From: the human T2T-CHM13v2.0 reference genome, Homo sapiens
Direction: 5' to 3' (one strand)
Assembly: GCF_009914755.1 (NCBI RefSeq)
Contig: NC_060935.1
DNA: 64,000 bases
Below the pieces are notes generated by a model, which saw only the letters and a list, made by a program, of their open reading frames with translations, ran no database searches and was not told the origin of the DNA. This document shows positions 14,330 through 28,275 of the stretch, one piece after another (position 1 is the stretch's first letter; each line of letters begins with the position of its first letter). The position numbers and the translations under genes were made by a program.

Positions 14330-15437
14330 ATAACTCCTTTTGATATAATAGTTTCAACAAAGGACAAGATATGGTCTTAGTTAGACCCAGGTCAATCCAT
14401 CTGCATGCTATTGAAAAGAGAACACTTAAAATTGTATCTTAAATGTTTGAGGTGACAGGCTCTCAGTAACACAGGGGAAAGTTCAGAAGCCATGGAAATG
14501 GAGTGGAAATGACAGCGATTAAAGCAAGAACCACTTTCCTATTCATGAAATTGGCTTTATTCCCTCAATCAAGGTCCTTCAGATGTAAATGTGTGTTTCT
14601 GTAACCCCGTTTACTACTTTACCCCCTTCCTTCCCCAACACCGATGTAGCCACCTAGAGCTCCCATAGGAGTCTGTTGTCAAGTCTTCCTCTCACGCCGC
14701 ACGTTCCACTCAAGTGAATTATTCCTCATTATTAATCCTTGCTAGAGGTCGCTGAGGGTCACGCTGATGGAATGATATCTGTATTAACGGGAACTCAGGG
14801 AAGCTGTCACCACATTACTCAGCAGCTCTGGCCACAGCCTCCCCTCTTCCCAGCAATATTCGCAGTAGCTTAAGGGCTAAACAAACTTGGTTTGAGGACC
14901 AAAGAACTGAAGCCATTTGCCTCTGTGCTGCTGTTAACCTCCGGGTTAGGAAGCAGTAGCCCTTGCAGCCCTAAGGGAAAACCCTGCTGACACCAGAATT
15001 TAAGAAACTTGGAACTGAGTGTTGGATAGTTCAGCAATTTAATGTTTGCTTGTCAGAGTTTTTTCTCCTCTAGGTACTATTTTCAAATCTTAGCCATACA
15101 AATGGAAAAGATTTCTCTCACCATACCCATTCAAGGATTCATGCCAGCCCTGGTCACAGGCTAAGGTTCTGTTTAGACGCACTGCCAAAGCCACCTGTAC
15201 AAGAGTGGACACACTTAAAGCTGAATCCCATCTTGAACATGACCCCGCCACCCTCTCATTTGACACATGAGATTTACATTCACCCTAAAATGTTAGGTGA
15301 TGCTACGACACTGAAGGTGAGAAAAGGTGAGTGATTTACACACAGTCATCAGCCTAAGATGCTTGCTCCCAAATAGACAGACTTCAAACTCGTCATGCTT
15401 TGGTAGCTTTTAGAAATTTGTGAATCAATTAAACTAA

Positions 15438-15809
<372 letters not shown>

Positions 15810-15926
15810 TAAAGTGTGGTTCTTCAAGGTGGGCATCCAGTCACCTGGAAATCTTTTTCCAAAATAAGTTCTACCAGCAAGATTCTGATGCAACGGTTCT
15901 AGAAAAGGGTACTTTGGAAAAACTGA
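15810..15926. mobile_element. MER5-like hAT fragment (host of the Alu)
   Basis: 'aaagtgtggttc...gcatc...tcacctggaa...gattctgatgca...tttggaaaaactg'. Confidence 0.35.
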
Positions 15927-16341
15927 TACATACCCAAGAAAGAGAGTCACTGTTTAAACATAGCACTGGTGTTATTTTAGACGCATGTGTGTATGTGAGT
16001 GCATGTAAAACATCTGTATCCTTGGCATCTGAAACAGAGCCTGGCACCAAAAAAAAAAAAAAATCAATTGATATCTGTTGAAGAATGAATAACAACTTCA
16101 GAAAAGTACATCAGTCTTTATAAAGCTCATCACTGTTATTGAGATTGTGGCAGAAGGTCTGTATGTGTTAGAAAAATCTATCATCACTGCGAAGGACAGG
16201 CGAATGCTGCCGATTGTACCTGACCACATCTTTGTAGATTCTGCTGAATTTGTGTGATAGTTTCAGATGTATACATACATGGAGAGATTAACAAAGGATT
16301 GTTAAGGTATCTGTACCTGCACTGGGTTTCAAATAAGTGGT

Positions 16342-16702
16342 TGATATGGTTTGGCTGTGTCCCCACACAAATCTCATCTTGAATTCCCATGTGTTGTGGG
16401 AGGGACCTGGTGGGAGGTAATTGAATCATGGGGGCAGGTCTTTCTTGTGCTGTTCTCATGATAGTGAATAAGTCTCAGGAGATCTGATGGTTTTATAAGG
16501 GGGAGATTTCCTGCACAAGCTCTCTTTTTGCCTGCTGCTATTCATGATTCATGTAAGACGTGACTTGCTCCTCCTTGCCTTCTGCCATGATTGTGAGGCT
16601 TCCCCAGCCACGTGGAACTGTAAATCCAGCTAAACCTTTTTATTCTGTAAATTGCCCAGTCTCGGGTATGTCTTTATCAGCAGCGTGAGAAAGACTAATA
16701 CA
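16342..16702 (+). mobile_element. THE1A-like MaLR solo LTR
   Basis: tgatatggtttggctgtgtcccc...gactaataca; perfect 5-bp TSD gtggt at 16337-16341 and 16703-16707. Confidence 0.93.
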
Positions 16703-17049
16703 GTGGTGATCCAAGAAAAAGGAGAAGGAATCATATCTAAACAAATGAACCCATATTTGTGAAAACACGGAGTCAGGAAAAGGGAGAACAGTCCATTTGG
16801 AAGAAGTAGAGTGAGAACAAGAGGAAGCAATAAGAGATGAACTTGCAGAGGCCTTGCTGGCTTGGGTGCATGGTGGGGGGAGGTATATTTGTATTATGTA
16901 GGGAATGACAGGAAGAATGACATGATCATAATTAAGTTTCAAGAAGATCCCTACAAAAATATATTGTAGGTCAGAAAGACAAAGGGCAAGAACAGTTTGG
17001 GAATCTTTATAATTAGTTCAGATGAGACATGATGATTTAGAGTATAGAC

Positions 17050-17255
17050 CAGGGCTAAAAACATTTTCTGTAAAGGACCAGATAATAAATATTTTAGGCT
17101 TTGCAGGCTATATATTCTCTGTCATCACTATTGAACCTGCCATCGTAGCATGAAAAAGAACTACAGAAAATATGTAAAACATTGAGCAAATCTGTGTCCC
17201 TATGAAACTATTTGCAAAAACATGTGGCAAGTGAGAGTTGGTTTGTAGCTTGTAT
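17050..17255 (+). mobile_element. MER58A hAT MITE
   Basis: 'ttttctgtaaaggaccagataataaatattttaggctttgcaggc'. Confidence 0.8.
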
Positions 17256-17838
17256 TCCTTCTGGGTCACTGCACACTATAAGTGGACCTATATAGCTTGT
17301 TAATTCACAAGTGAACCTATATACTTGGTTAATCGCTACCCACATTAAGAGAGAGAAAGAACATATAGAAATAAAAGGAAATGTAAAAAAAAAAAAAACC
17401 TATTTTTTTTTTGTTTTTGTTTTTGTTTTAAAGAAATCAAAGACATAACTGTATGGATAGCAAACATGTGTTCACAGCCACAAATACACACCTCTTTAAT
17501 TCCTTCCCTTGGTGGTGTGGGACCAAGGTATGTGGGGAAGCTCATGGCTGGGAAGCCACAAGCAGATCACTGTAATTTGACTCTAGCTCGTTACTTGGCA
17601 TGATTCCTGGTGGCTTTCTTTAGTCATCAGTGCCTCATACCCAGGGTAAATTTATTTGTGATTTTTTTTTTCTCCTAATAAAGTCAGCACTTGAATTTCT
17701 GCAAGTAGAACAGCCCTGCATTGCCATTTACCGCATGCTTAGGCCACTCAGTTATTTACAGATGATGATGGCAAACGCCTTTGAACAACAGCTTAAGAAA
17801 AGCATCTTTAGGGAAAGAAAATATAGAACAAAGCACCA

Positions 17839-17914
17839 CATTTCAAACTCAAATACTCTTTAAAAATCTGTGGAATCATTTCAAACTCAAATACTCTCTA
17901 AAAATCTGTGGAAT
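17839..17914. repeat. 38-bp tandem duplication, 2 copies, 1 mismatch
   Basis: catttcaaactcaaatactct(t/c)taaaaatctgtggaat x2. Confidence 0.95.
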
Positions 17915-20900
17915 GCTATCTCTGATAGTGTCACTACACTGACAGTTTTCCTCCCAGTAGCTATGGGGAGGGATTAGCTGGCAGGATCCTCAGATGTTCT
18001 CTGGGATCCCAGGATGGGAGCCCTTCAGGTGGATAATATTCGAGTTCCCAAAAGGGGCCCTGAATTCTCTCACTCTGTCCTGTCTCCCAGGTTTCTGTCT
18101 ATTCGCATTCAACACAGCTTTCCTGAAACTTCTTATATGCTCTTCCATAGAGATTCCCGTCACTCTGTCACTATTAGAGACATTGAAAGCTTACTCTCTC
18201 TGTCTTTCACTCTCTCTCTCTTCTCTGTTCCTCCCCTCCTACATTATTATTATTTTTTTCTAGTCTAGTAATGATTTGAGGTTTATTTGCCCCATTCCCT
18301 GCTCAGTCTTCCATGTGGCGAAAGGCCCATCCTGATGCCTGGCTGGGATACAACGAGGGTGGGCTGGATGGAGCAGAGCCACCTGTCCCCAGTGTGGACA
18401 CTTAACTTTGACTTTTTTCATACCATGCTTCAGAACGCTGAGAGCAATCCCCCAGTCACCATCACTCCTTTACAGTGCCACAGAAATTAAAAGTTAATTA
18501 AAGAAAAGGGCAGGACACATTTCCATAAAGCATCAAACACTCGGGGGGAAATTCATTTACAGTCTCCTTTATAGCTGCCGTTGATCAGGTTCTTCCTTCC
18601 AGGGTTACAGAGAACTCCCTGGAAATAGTGTCTAGGCTTACAAGTTTTACAGCCAAGGGCCTCATTGTCTCAATGTACTGAGATGGAGCCACATAAAACT
18701 TAACCAGCAACAAAGGCTGAGCGCCCCCACTCGGGACTGCTAAGTGTTTCTCACAGCAGCCTGAAAACACTGGTATAAACATGGTTCCCAAGGTCTAGGA
18801 GTCAACTACATTGGAGTTGGCAGATAATGTCAGAGTGGCTGGGAAATAATTTATTTTAGCCTGCTCCCATGAAGCTCTTTTTATGCCTCCCTCATAAATA
18901 TCTGCTTCCTGATGAAAATGAGAAGAAATGTGTTTTAAATCCCTCAAATAGTTAAGAATTAGAGGAAGTCTAGGAAGTAGCTTTTAACTCCACCACGGTA
19001 ACATTCACACTGAAAAAATATACATAGAAATCTTAGGATTGAAGCAGCTTTAACATTGATCTAGTCCATAACCTAGCATCTTCTCCTGCCCTGATAAATG
19101 CTTGTCTGGTCATTGGACAATAAATGATTGTTGAGAATTTGCTATGTGACAGGCACTGTGTGAAATATTAGGGTGAGAAGGATAAGACTCCCAACATGAT
19201 CTACTCAATTTTGTAAACTTCTAGTGACAGGGAACTCCCTACCTTCCTACTTGGGAGAGCTCTGTATGTCTGAAATTATCATTTAACCACTCACTTAGCT
19301 TCTACTTGTTGATCCTAATTCTATTCCTTGAGATCCACATGATAAACTTTTAAAATTGTAATATAAGGTCCCCCCAGTGGAGTCTAATTCTCCTTCTTGA
19401 CAGATTAATGGATAGAAAAGGTAGACTACATAAAGATGTTCCCCCCAATGCCTGTAAAAGCATGAGGCTATCTGCTGTCTAATGGGCAATAGATAATATG
19501 ATACATCTTGGAGAGTTTGCTTATTTGTCAGCCTAAAACATCTCTCAGAATCTGAGGGTAAGCACAGAGGGTAAGATCATCGACCCGTGACAACTGAAGG
19601 TATTTTGCTGCATTCTCATCCTCAAACACAGGATAAAAAGAACGAAAACCAGTAGGAAGACACCTTCGAAGCCATAAATCTCTAACTCTATATTATTTTG
19701 TTAAATATTTTCTTTCTTTTTTGTTGACATGCTTTTTTTTCTAGATAGATGTATATCCATTGCATTAGAGTAAGAGGTATACCTTCCTGTCAAAACGTCC
19801 GTGGAGTAAGACTCCAGAGTTATATTAATTTGTACGTAGTTATTCAAATTAAAAACAGCAAGAAAGACCACATTTCTGAACCTGGGCCTGATAGAAGACT
19901 GGAACCCTATCTTCTTTAGATTATAATAAATGTTAGTGATAGTGATTTTTAATACTCATTTTTTTCTTCTCTATGCATCAATTGTTCTGCGTAAGTATTC
20001 TCATGACTCCTAAAGAGGGAAGGGAGAGCAAAGGCAGGAAGTCATAATTGGATCTTCACAACAAGTTTCTCACTCTCTTTCAGGAATCTCAGATACCACT
20101 AAAAATGCTGTCTTTTGGTCAGGTATCTGAGCCTGAAATTAAACTTTTGAAGTATAGTCTTTGGAGGATTCTGTTTCTCTTTTTTCTCTCCTTTTAGTAT
20201 TGATTTTTCTCCTTTCATTTGTTGGTGCTACTTCTTTTCTTGTTGCTGGAGATTTGTTAGAGCCACATTTGTACATGAATTCTTATTTATGTTTGTTTTG
20301 TACATAAGCACCAGATGCTTCAAGTTCCAGCTTCCCAATCAGTCAAGAGAGTTCTGTAGAAGTCCGGGCTGTCACTCAGAAGAATGAGGAACTCACCCAC
20401 CTCTCCTGATCCCAAGGCAGTTTCATCAGAGACACAGGGCAGATTGCCCTGTGGACATGGACAGTGAAATTGATCAAGTCCCTATCGTATTGAGAAGAAA
20501 AATGATATAAGCATATAGCCCTAATCAGGAATCAGGAGGATTAACTAAACTTTTTAAGATGGCAGTAGGAAATGGAAAGAAAGTTTGTAAACATTCACAT
20601 GTGAGATCACGTCTCTCAAAAGAAAGCACTGAATCCAGGTATCCCATGAGAGCTTGTACTTATGCCTGTAAAAAATTATACTGCTATTCTACAAGTATGA
20701 TGCTACCTTTAAAGAATATGCTCCCTGCTGTGAACACGATTTCTACAATCCTAGAAAGGTGATGGGATGGATGATGGTTTTCACTGTGGCATATTATATA
20801 TTCACATATACCTGCCTTTCCACTCACCTTGGAAAATAGTCAAGTCAACCTTAAGACATTCCAAGCAAGCTCATTGTGCAACATTCTCTGCCTTGTGGAT

Positions 20901-21784
20901 GCACGCAGAATATTTGGCATTTCTCTCAAGTCTTGAGATGCCTATGTGTGCTTGGGCTCTGACCACAACATCTCCAGGGAGACATGCTGAAAGCAGTCCT
21001 CCTACTTACCCATAATTTTTGTTAAAGCTAGAAAGGAAGAATTCATGACTGGACCAAATTCGTATGCAGTTTTGAGTTTTATGAGTATGACATACTAGTC
21101 AGCCTGACATTACACCTTTCCTGATTCAAAGTAATAAGATAGTCCATAAAATATAAGGAGAGACCTGGAATATCCAAATTCTTGTCCTTATGCTGCCTCT
21201 CATCAGCTGTTGATCTGAGCAAATCACTTTACTTCTCTGCCTTTCATTTCCTATAGAATGGTAACAATGACACTTTTTCCTTTTTCACAGAGTAATTGTG
21301 AAAATCGTATTAGATCATGCCAATGGAAAAGCTTTATGAAGTCCTCTACGAAAGGCAGGATGTTGCTGGGCGAAGTTGGTGAAGATAAATCACTAGCTCC
21401 AGTTGTTCTGTCTCTGCCTTGGCTTCACACACAATCACAGTGTTGGCAACTGATACTGCTTAATGGGACCACAGCATGATGATGACAGAAGGAAATAGGA
21501 TCAGAACTTCTTAGGCTTTTGTGCCATACTACTAAAATGTAGTTCGCTTCATGTTAAATAGTTTACAATGCTCATTTCCTTGCATTGTCTTGTTCTATCC
21601 ATTCCCAAGCATAAACACAACTTTCTCCATTTTATGGACAAGGAAACTGATGTGAAGAGAGGATGAATAACTTGCACGATCACATTATTGTTTATTAGAA
21701 CTTAGGAGTTCAAGGGTAAGATTTCATGCGATCTAGCACTATCATATAAAGACACCAATTGCCTATGCGGTTTCCTCACCTAGC

Positions 21785-22350
21785 CAACACATGTTATTGA
21801 GGACTAACTGTAGGCCCAGGCATTTTGGTAGGCACTGAGGAGACCCCAGTGACTAAAATAAGCAAAGCTTCTACCTTCGTGAAGTGGCAGCATCTTCTGG
21901 AAGAGGAGCTGACCATAAAGAGGCAAAGATAAAATTATGGGAGATGTCAAATACTGCTAAGTGCTATGGAGACAAATCAAGTGGGGTATATGGAGGGCCA
22001 GGATGATGAAGATGCTGTTATTTTATACTGAGGACACTCCCATATAAGAAGATCACCTGCAAGTAGAGACCTGGCTAAAATCAGGCATTAAGCCATGCAA
22101 CTATCTTGAGGAACAGTGCTCTCAGCAGAGGGACCAGTAAGTAGAAAGCAGACACACAGCCCTTGAAAGGGACCCAGAGGACATGGTCCACAGCTGGCAA
22201 GAAAGGCAGAGTGGGCATGGGGTCAGCCAGCTGAGTACGCCACATGTAAACCGGGGCAAATGAGGCCACACACCGGGCAGGCATTGTGCCAGTCCTCATG
22301 GGCCAAGTGCAGACAGATTTTCTTCTGAATGACTGTGAAACTGTGTCATG
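21785..22350 (-). mobile_element. L2a-like fragment
   Basis: 'ttattgaggactaactgtaggcccaggcat...ctaagtgctatggagacaaa...agccatgcaactatc...gcagagggaccag'. Confidence 0.7.
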
Positions 22351-22955
22351 GATCTCTAAGTTCTTTGCTGTGTCCACTCGAGCAGATGACGCACCAGCTC
22401 CTTCCATCCTAACCATTTAAACCTGCATATGTTAGAAATTTCCCTAAATACTGTCATCTTTAACCTGAGAGTAAGGATGGGAAAGACAAACTTTCCTGTA
22501 CCAACTAGAAAGTTTATAGTGAAGTGTGTGCATTTTATTTCAAGTCTTGTGTTTAGCCCTCCCTCTAAGTGAAGTAATCCTTCAAAGAGGCATCCTCCTT
22601 ACTAAACAAAGTCCCTCTGGGAAACCTCCTGTGTCCATCAGGATGTGCATCTCATGGAAGGAAAGCGAGCCCTACTTGCCCTCAGTGGTTATGGGTGACT
22701 GTTCTTACCTCCTTCCTGTGCACCAATCAGGCGCCATGTAACATGGTCCCTAGCCATCTTGAGAAATTAGATCAATCCCCCTTTGCCCATTAAAAGGCTC
22801 ATAAACATTTGCAGCATCAAATTAGTGCTGGTAGATTTCTCAAACTTGGAACACGTTAAAACGCACAGTTGGGTAAGAAGAATCAATTAGGGCCAGACAG
22901 GGTGTTGGAAGTTAAACAATTTGTCTATTTTATGATTCTACACTGTGGAAAGGGA

Positions 22956-22981
22956 GTGTGTGTGTGTGTGTGTGTGTGTGT
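22956..22981. repeat. (GT)13 microsatellite
   Basis: Read directly. Confidence 0.95.
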
Positions 22982-23377
22982 TTACACTTTAGTTCAGATT
23001 TAAAATCACTCATGTGTATAGTTTGTATAATTCAATTCATGATTAGAGCAGAAACTACCCACAAAGTGAGAGGTTATTTTTTGAGGAGTCAGAAAAGGCT
23101 TGTATTTACAACTTTATAATTTGTAATTAAGCTTATTATAGCTTTCCCACCTCCTAAACCTCAGTCAACTAAGCTTAAATTCAGACAGGAAACTAGCAAT
23201 TATTCAGCAAATACACTATGCATACAATAATAATAATCCAGATAAAAAAGACCAGACCTGGCTAGTTGCCTCTTCTCCAAAATTCATCAAACAATTGACA
23301 GTTTTCCAACATTTTTTTCTGCCTTTACCATCCTTTCTAAATAAAGGCCAAATATAGGCAAAGAAGATAATATAGAA

Positions 23378-23834
23378 CAGAGGTTATTCACTTGGGGCCC
23401 ATAGGCCCCCATGGGGTCTGCGAATAGAATTCAGAGAGGTCTATCAACTTCAATGGGGAGGAAAATTACGTCTTTATTCTCACTCACCTCTAATTGAAAT
23501 GTAGCATATCCTTTATTTATGAATATAGATAACCAAGCACAGAAGTGTCAGAAGTGCCTGTGACTTTATCAGTGAGAAAAATCACAGCTATTTTTATATC
23601 CTATTATACACAGTGCCAATATCTTGAAATATCCTTTTCACTCAACATTTCTTCCAATTTGTGTTAGTTGTTAGACTCACTGCTAGATTTGAATTTAATG
23701 CATTAATCATGAAGCACATGCTATACCACAATTTTTTAAATATTTTGATAGCTGCATTTTAATACAATTAATTTTCTTTGTAATCCTATCTACATGTCAA
23801 AAGGTCTAGAGCTCAAAAATCTGAAGAACCCCAG
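23378..23834. mobile_element. hAT-Charlie element (Charlie4a-like)
   Basis: Ends cagaggttattcac... and ...tgaagaaccccag followed by gtctagag; internal 'aaaattacgtctttattctcactcacctctaattgaaat'. Confidence 0.7.
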
Positions 23835-24074
23835 GTCTAGAGAGGCAAGGGCTGCCATACTAAGAGGCTCTGCTGGGTGGTGCAGTGTGGACGAACAGCT
23901 TCCCCTAGGTTCCTCCCAAACAGGTTTCCCTGCCTTGCCCCTCACAGTGCCTAAAAGTCTACCAAGAAAAGGGTTCACTTTTACTACGATATTTCTTCCC
24001 TGCACATAATTAACAGCACACAGGAAATTAATTTGTAACTTAAAAAGAAAAGAAGAATATAATTGGCAATAAAA

Positions 24075-24230
24075 TATTTACTAATCCAAGCACTCAGCTA
24101 AGCACTTTACTTAAAATCTCATTTAATCTTCAAAAATCTATATGTGGGTACTATGATTTTCCCCAATTTATAGAAGAGAAGACTGAGATTCAGAAAGGTT
24201 GAGTGTCTTGCCCAGTAACACCCAACTAGA
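24075..24230 (-). mobile_element. MIR fragment
   Basis: 'ctcatttaatcttc...ccccaatttatagaagagaagactgagattcagaaaggtt'. Confidence 0.7.
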
Positions 24231-24339
24231 TCTTTTCTGAACTAAAGTCAATGACACACTGAGAGTTATTTTTATGTAACGCCTGTTCACATGAAAGAAC
24301 GCGATGTGAGGGAAGAATAGGAAAAAGTTATATGGCCAG

Positions 24340-24804
24340 TGAAGGAGTTCAGGACACGCCACCTCTTTGGCACATTGATTATTTTAAGCTAAAAGCATTT
24401 GAAAAACAGCAGGCTCAAGAAGAGCATTCTGACCTTCCCTTTTCTTCCTGGAAGCAGGAGCTGTAACTCCCAGGTGAAAGGTGCCCTCTCTAGAGCAGGG
24501 GAAATAAACATTCTTACCACCAGAGACGGGCAGTCGAGGCGAGAAATCTGTACAAACAGACCTTGTTAAAATAATTCTTATCTGCCTTATTTTAGTTACA
24601 TTTTTGCAGTTGCCTTTCTTTGCTCAACCTAGTATATAAGCACTTAGACCTAGCTAGGCCCACATTTTTAAAAATGGGGGCTCCCACATATATGCAAAAA
24701 AACTACTGAAAAAATTTTGTATGCTTTTCTCCGTTTGATCTCATTTATGTCAGTACCAGCTGGAAAACCTAAGAGGGCAGAGGAAGAATTTTACCTCCGC
24801 TATA
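24340..24804 (+). mobile_element. ERV1 solo LTR (MER34-like)
   Basis: tgaaggagttcaggacacgccac...cctccgctata; 4-bp TSD ccag at 24336-24339 and 24805-24808. Confidence 0.75.
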
Positions 24805-25253
24805 CCAGCGGTTTTCAAAGTGTGACCTGCAGACCCCATGGGGTCCCTGAGATTTTTCAGAAGGTAACTGTTCTCAGAATAATCCTAAGACATTATTTCC
24901 CTTTTTCATTGTGTTAATATGAGTAACAGAAGTGCCAAGGCAATAGTGGGTGGAACTTCTGGCAACTGAGCATGAGTCAAAGCAGTGGCACCAAACTGTA
25001 TCTGTCGGCACCGCGTGCTTCCCCACCACGCCTGCGCACAAAGGAGAAAAAAAAAAGAGAGAGAGAAGAAAAGAAAAGGAAAGAAGACAATGCCTGTTTG
25101 CCTGTTTCACTTAAGAATGTCCTTCAATGAAACAGAGAGAGTAATTTTAGTATATCTTGACTCCTGAGTACACATTTTAAAATATTCCATACAACCAAAG
25201 AGAAAGCATACATCTAGCACTTAGGTATACCACAGTATGGTGGGTGTCTACAG

Positions 25254-25437
25254 GTAGGCTTGGCAAGGCCTGCCGCCTGTGTTTTTCTATGGCAAATTTG
25301 AACTGAGATCTTTTATTGAAAAAATTTTAAAAGGTTGTTAAAAAAAAAAAAAAAAGAAGAAGATTTGACAGACACCTTATGTAGCCCGCAAAGCCTAAAA
25401 TATTTTCTTTCTGGTCCTTACAGAAAAAGTTTGCCGG
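25254..25437. mobile_element. MER58C nested in Charlie1a
   Basis: 'aaggttgtt-A16-gaagaaga...gtagcccgcaaagcctaaaatattt...cagaaaaagtttgcc'. Confidence 0.75.
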
Positions 25438-26220
25438 CAGGAAAAAAGCAATTGTGTCATCATTTGAATTGTGAGCAGAAATATCTGCATTTTTCATGAA
25501 ACACTGCTTTTCCTTGAATGATCTTGAATGAAATTATAGTTATTCAGAATTGGTATCTTGCAGACATTTTTTCAAGAAGCATCATTTCAAGGAAAACAAT
25601 TGATAGTATTTATTGCCAGTTATAAAATTTGAGCTTTCATGGAGAAAATAAGAATTTTGGAAAACTTGAATTCATCACCATGACTTGACGGCTTTCTAAT
25701 ATTTAAAGAATTTTCAGATGAGATTGGTGGTGTTATTAATAAGTTTTATTTTTATATTATATAATGAAATGTGTCAATATTTGGAGGATCTGCATAACTC
25801 TGTAAATCAATATTTTCCAAGTGATTTTTACTGTGTGATTTTACAAAATTGAGCATGGTAAAAATATGAATTCAAAATACAAGATAGACCAGCAGATAAA
25901 ACAGACATGCCATAAAAGTCACCCTTTTTAGGGATATAGTTCAATGTGTGTTAGTATAAATAGAGTTGTGCAACTATTACGGCAATCTTATTTTCAAAGA
26001 TTACTATCACCCCACAAAAAAATCTCTTGCCTATTTATAATGATTCCCCATCCCACAGCCTTAAGCCTCTAGTATACTTTCTGTTTTCATAGATTTGCCT
26101 TTTCTGGACTTTTCATGTACATAGAATTGTAAAGTATATGTTCATGGCTGGTTTCTTTCACTTATTTTCAAGGTCCATCCATGTTCTAACATGTACAAGT
26201 ATTCATTCCTTTCTATTGCC

Positions 26221-27106
26221 TGTATGAGATATAAAAACACAAACAAAACTATTTTTCTTTCTTTCACATTCAAGACTTAATACTTCATCACCAAAATGTG
26301 CAGGGAGTTTTCCCCACTCACCAAGCAATTCTCCAGTAGGCAGTTAAATTGTGTTAATTGTGTTCAATGGTGTCCTACCATTTAACTCAATTCTGACGTT
26401 ATCTATTATATTTGAAGCTAGCCTCAGATCACACAGGGTAAGGGCTTAATCCCACAAGACTGCCCTAACATCAGATGCCAATATCAAGCCCCAGGCTGTT
26501 TGGTCTGACAAACAACTATAAATAGGGAATTACCACAATCCCCTTGGGGCAGATTTGCTAGGGCGGCTCACAGAACCCAAGGCACCACTTTACTTACTAT
26601 TACCGATTTAATACAGGGATTTTTTTAAAGGATACAAATAGGCAGATGAAAAGATGCACAGGGAGAGGTTCAGGAGGATCCCAAGTGCCAGAGCTTCTGG
26701 CCCCATGGAGTTGGGGTGCACCATCCTCCTGGCATTTGGATGTGTTCTTGTTCATCAATCTGGAAGCTCTTAGAACTCAGTCCTTCTGGGTTTTATGGAG
26801 CTTTCATTGCTTTAGCATAATTGATTAAATCATTGACCATTGGTGATCAAATCAATGTTTAGGTCCTCTCCCCTCCCTCCAGGTTGGAGGTTGGGAGTGA
26901 AAGTTCCAAGGCTCTAATCACAAAGTGGGTTCCCCTGGCAAGCAGCCCCTATCCTGAGGCTAAGCAGGAGCCCCCAGCCATCAGTCATCTCATTAGCATG
27001 CAAAAGGACTCTTAGCACTGAAGAGATTCCAAAGGTTTTAGGAGCTGTATGGGAGGAAACAAGGATAAAAACTAAATATATATTTCTCATAAATCACAAT
27101 CTCACA
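26221..27106 (-). mobile_element. MER21 (B/C-like) ERVL solo LTR
   Basis: Ends ...aaatcacaatctcaca; 5-bp TSD ttgcc at 26216-26220 and 27107-27111. Confidence 0.85.
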
Positions 27107-27259
27107 TTGCCAAATAGTATTCCATAATGCGGATATGCCGCATTTTGATTATGCTTTCACTAGTTGATAGACATCAGGGTTGCTTCCACTTGGGAGCTAT
27201 TATGAGTAACTGAGTAATGCCACTATGAACAATTGCATGTAAGTCTTTGTGGGACATAT

Positions 27260-27965
27260 TGAAACTGCCTTTGCAAAGATTATGACAGAGAGAAGTCTAG
27301 CATAACAGACTCCATCTTTCTTCTAGCCTCACAGGCCCTCTGTCCTCACTCATTCCTAGGTGTAGGCCAAGCTAAGCATGGAAGGGATTTAGTTTATAGT
27401 TAAACTTTGAAACTCCCTAAAACTATTCCCCTCCTTGCCCAGGGACCAAAGCCGCTTTTGTAAAGCTAATAAAAGGCTATGAGATTAGGATTATGGGAGG
27501 GGCCTGAATTCTGCTAAAATGGAGGCATAATTTGTATAATTCCTTACAGCTCAGGAGTCATATGGTCAAAGATCTGTTCCTATGGATAACATCACTATTA
27601 TAGAACCTAAGATTGGTCTTGTGATGTTTTTCAGATTACTGCATTCTGGTAACTGACTGACTACACCCAGTGTTTTCACTCATGACCCAGAGGTGGACTC
27701 AATGCGCAAGGGCCATTTTCCATACTCCTGTGATTTCATCCCCAACCAATCAGCAAACCCATTCCCTAGCCCCCTGCTCACCAAATTATCCATAAAAGCC
27801 TTAGTCTCTGCATTCTTGGAGAGGCTGATTTGAGTAATAATAAATTCCTCTTCTCCACTTGGCTCACCGTGCATTAATTAAACTCTTCATTTACTGCAAT
27901 ATTGTTGTCTCAGCAAATTGGGTTTATCTGTGCAGCAGGCATGAAGACCACTCTGGGTGATTACA
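27260..27965 (+). mobile_element. LTR8A/LTR8B-like ERV1 solo LTR
   Basis: tgaaactgcctttgcaaagattatgacag...ggtgattaca; 4-bp TSD atat at 27256-27259 and 27966-27969. Confidence 0.85.
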
Positions 27966-28043
27966 ATATGATTTCATTTCTCCCGGGTTAATATATAGGA
28001 GCGGGATTGCTGGGCCACATGGTAACTCCATGTTTAACATTTT

Positions 28044-28275
28044 AGCCATGTGAGTGAGCTACTGTGGAAGCTATTCCTCCAGCCCTGGTCAGGCAGCCTT
28101 CAGATGTCTGCAGACTCAGCTCACATCCTAGTTGCAACCTCATCAGAGTGCCTGAGGCAGAACCACCAACCTAATCCATCCAGGATTCCTGAGCCTCAGA
28201 AATTGTGAAATAAATATTTGCTTTATGCTGTTGTGTTTAGGGTAATGTGTTATACAGCAAAAGATAACTAATGCA
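28044..28275 (+). mobile_element. MLT1 (F/G-like) 3' half
   Basis: 'agccatgtgagtgagc...cagaaattgtgaaataaat...tatacagcaaaagataactaatgca'; no 5' half present. Confidence 0.75.

Noticed and set aside
20084-20122. 39-nt + strand exon candidate
   Set aside because: Good acceptor but weak donor (CAG|gtatct); likely a pseudo-exon
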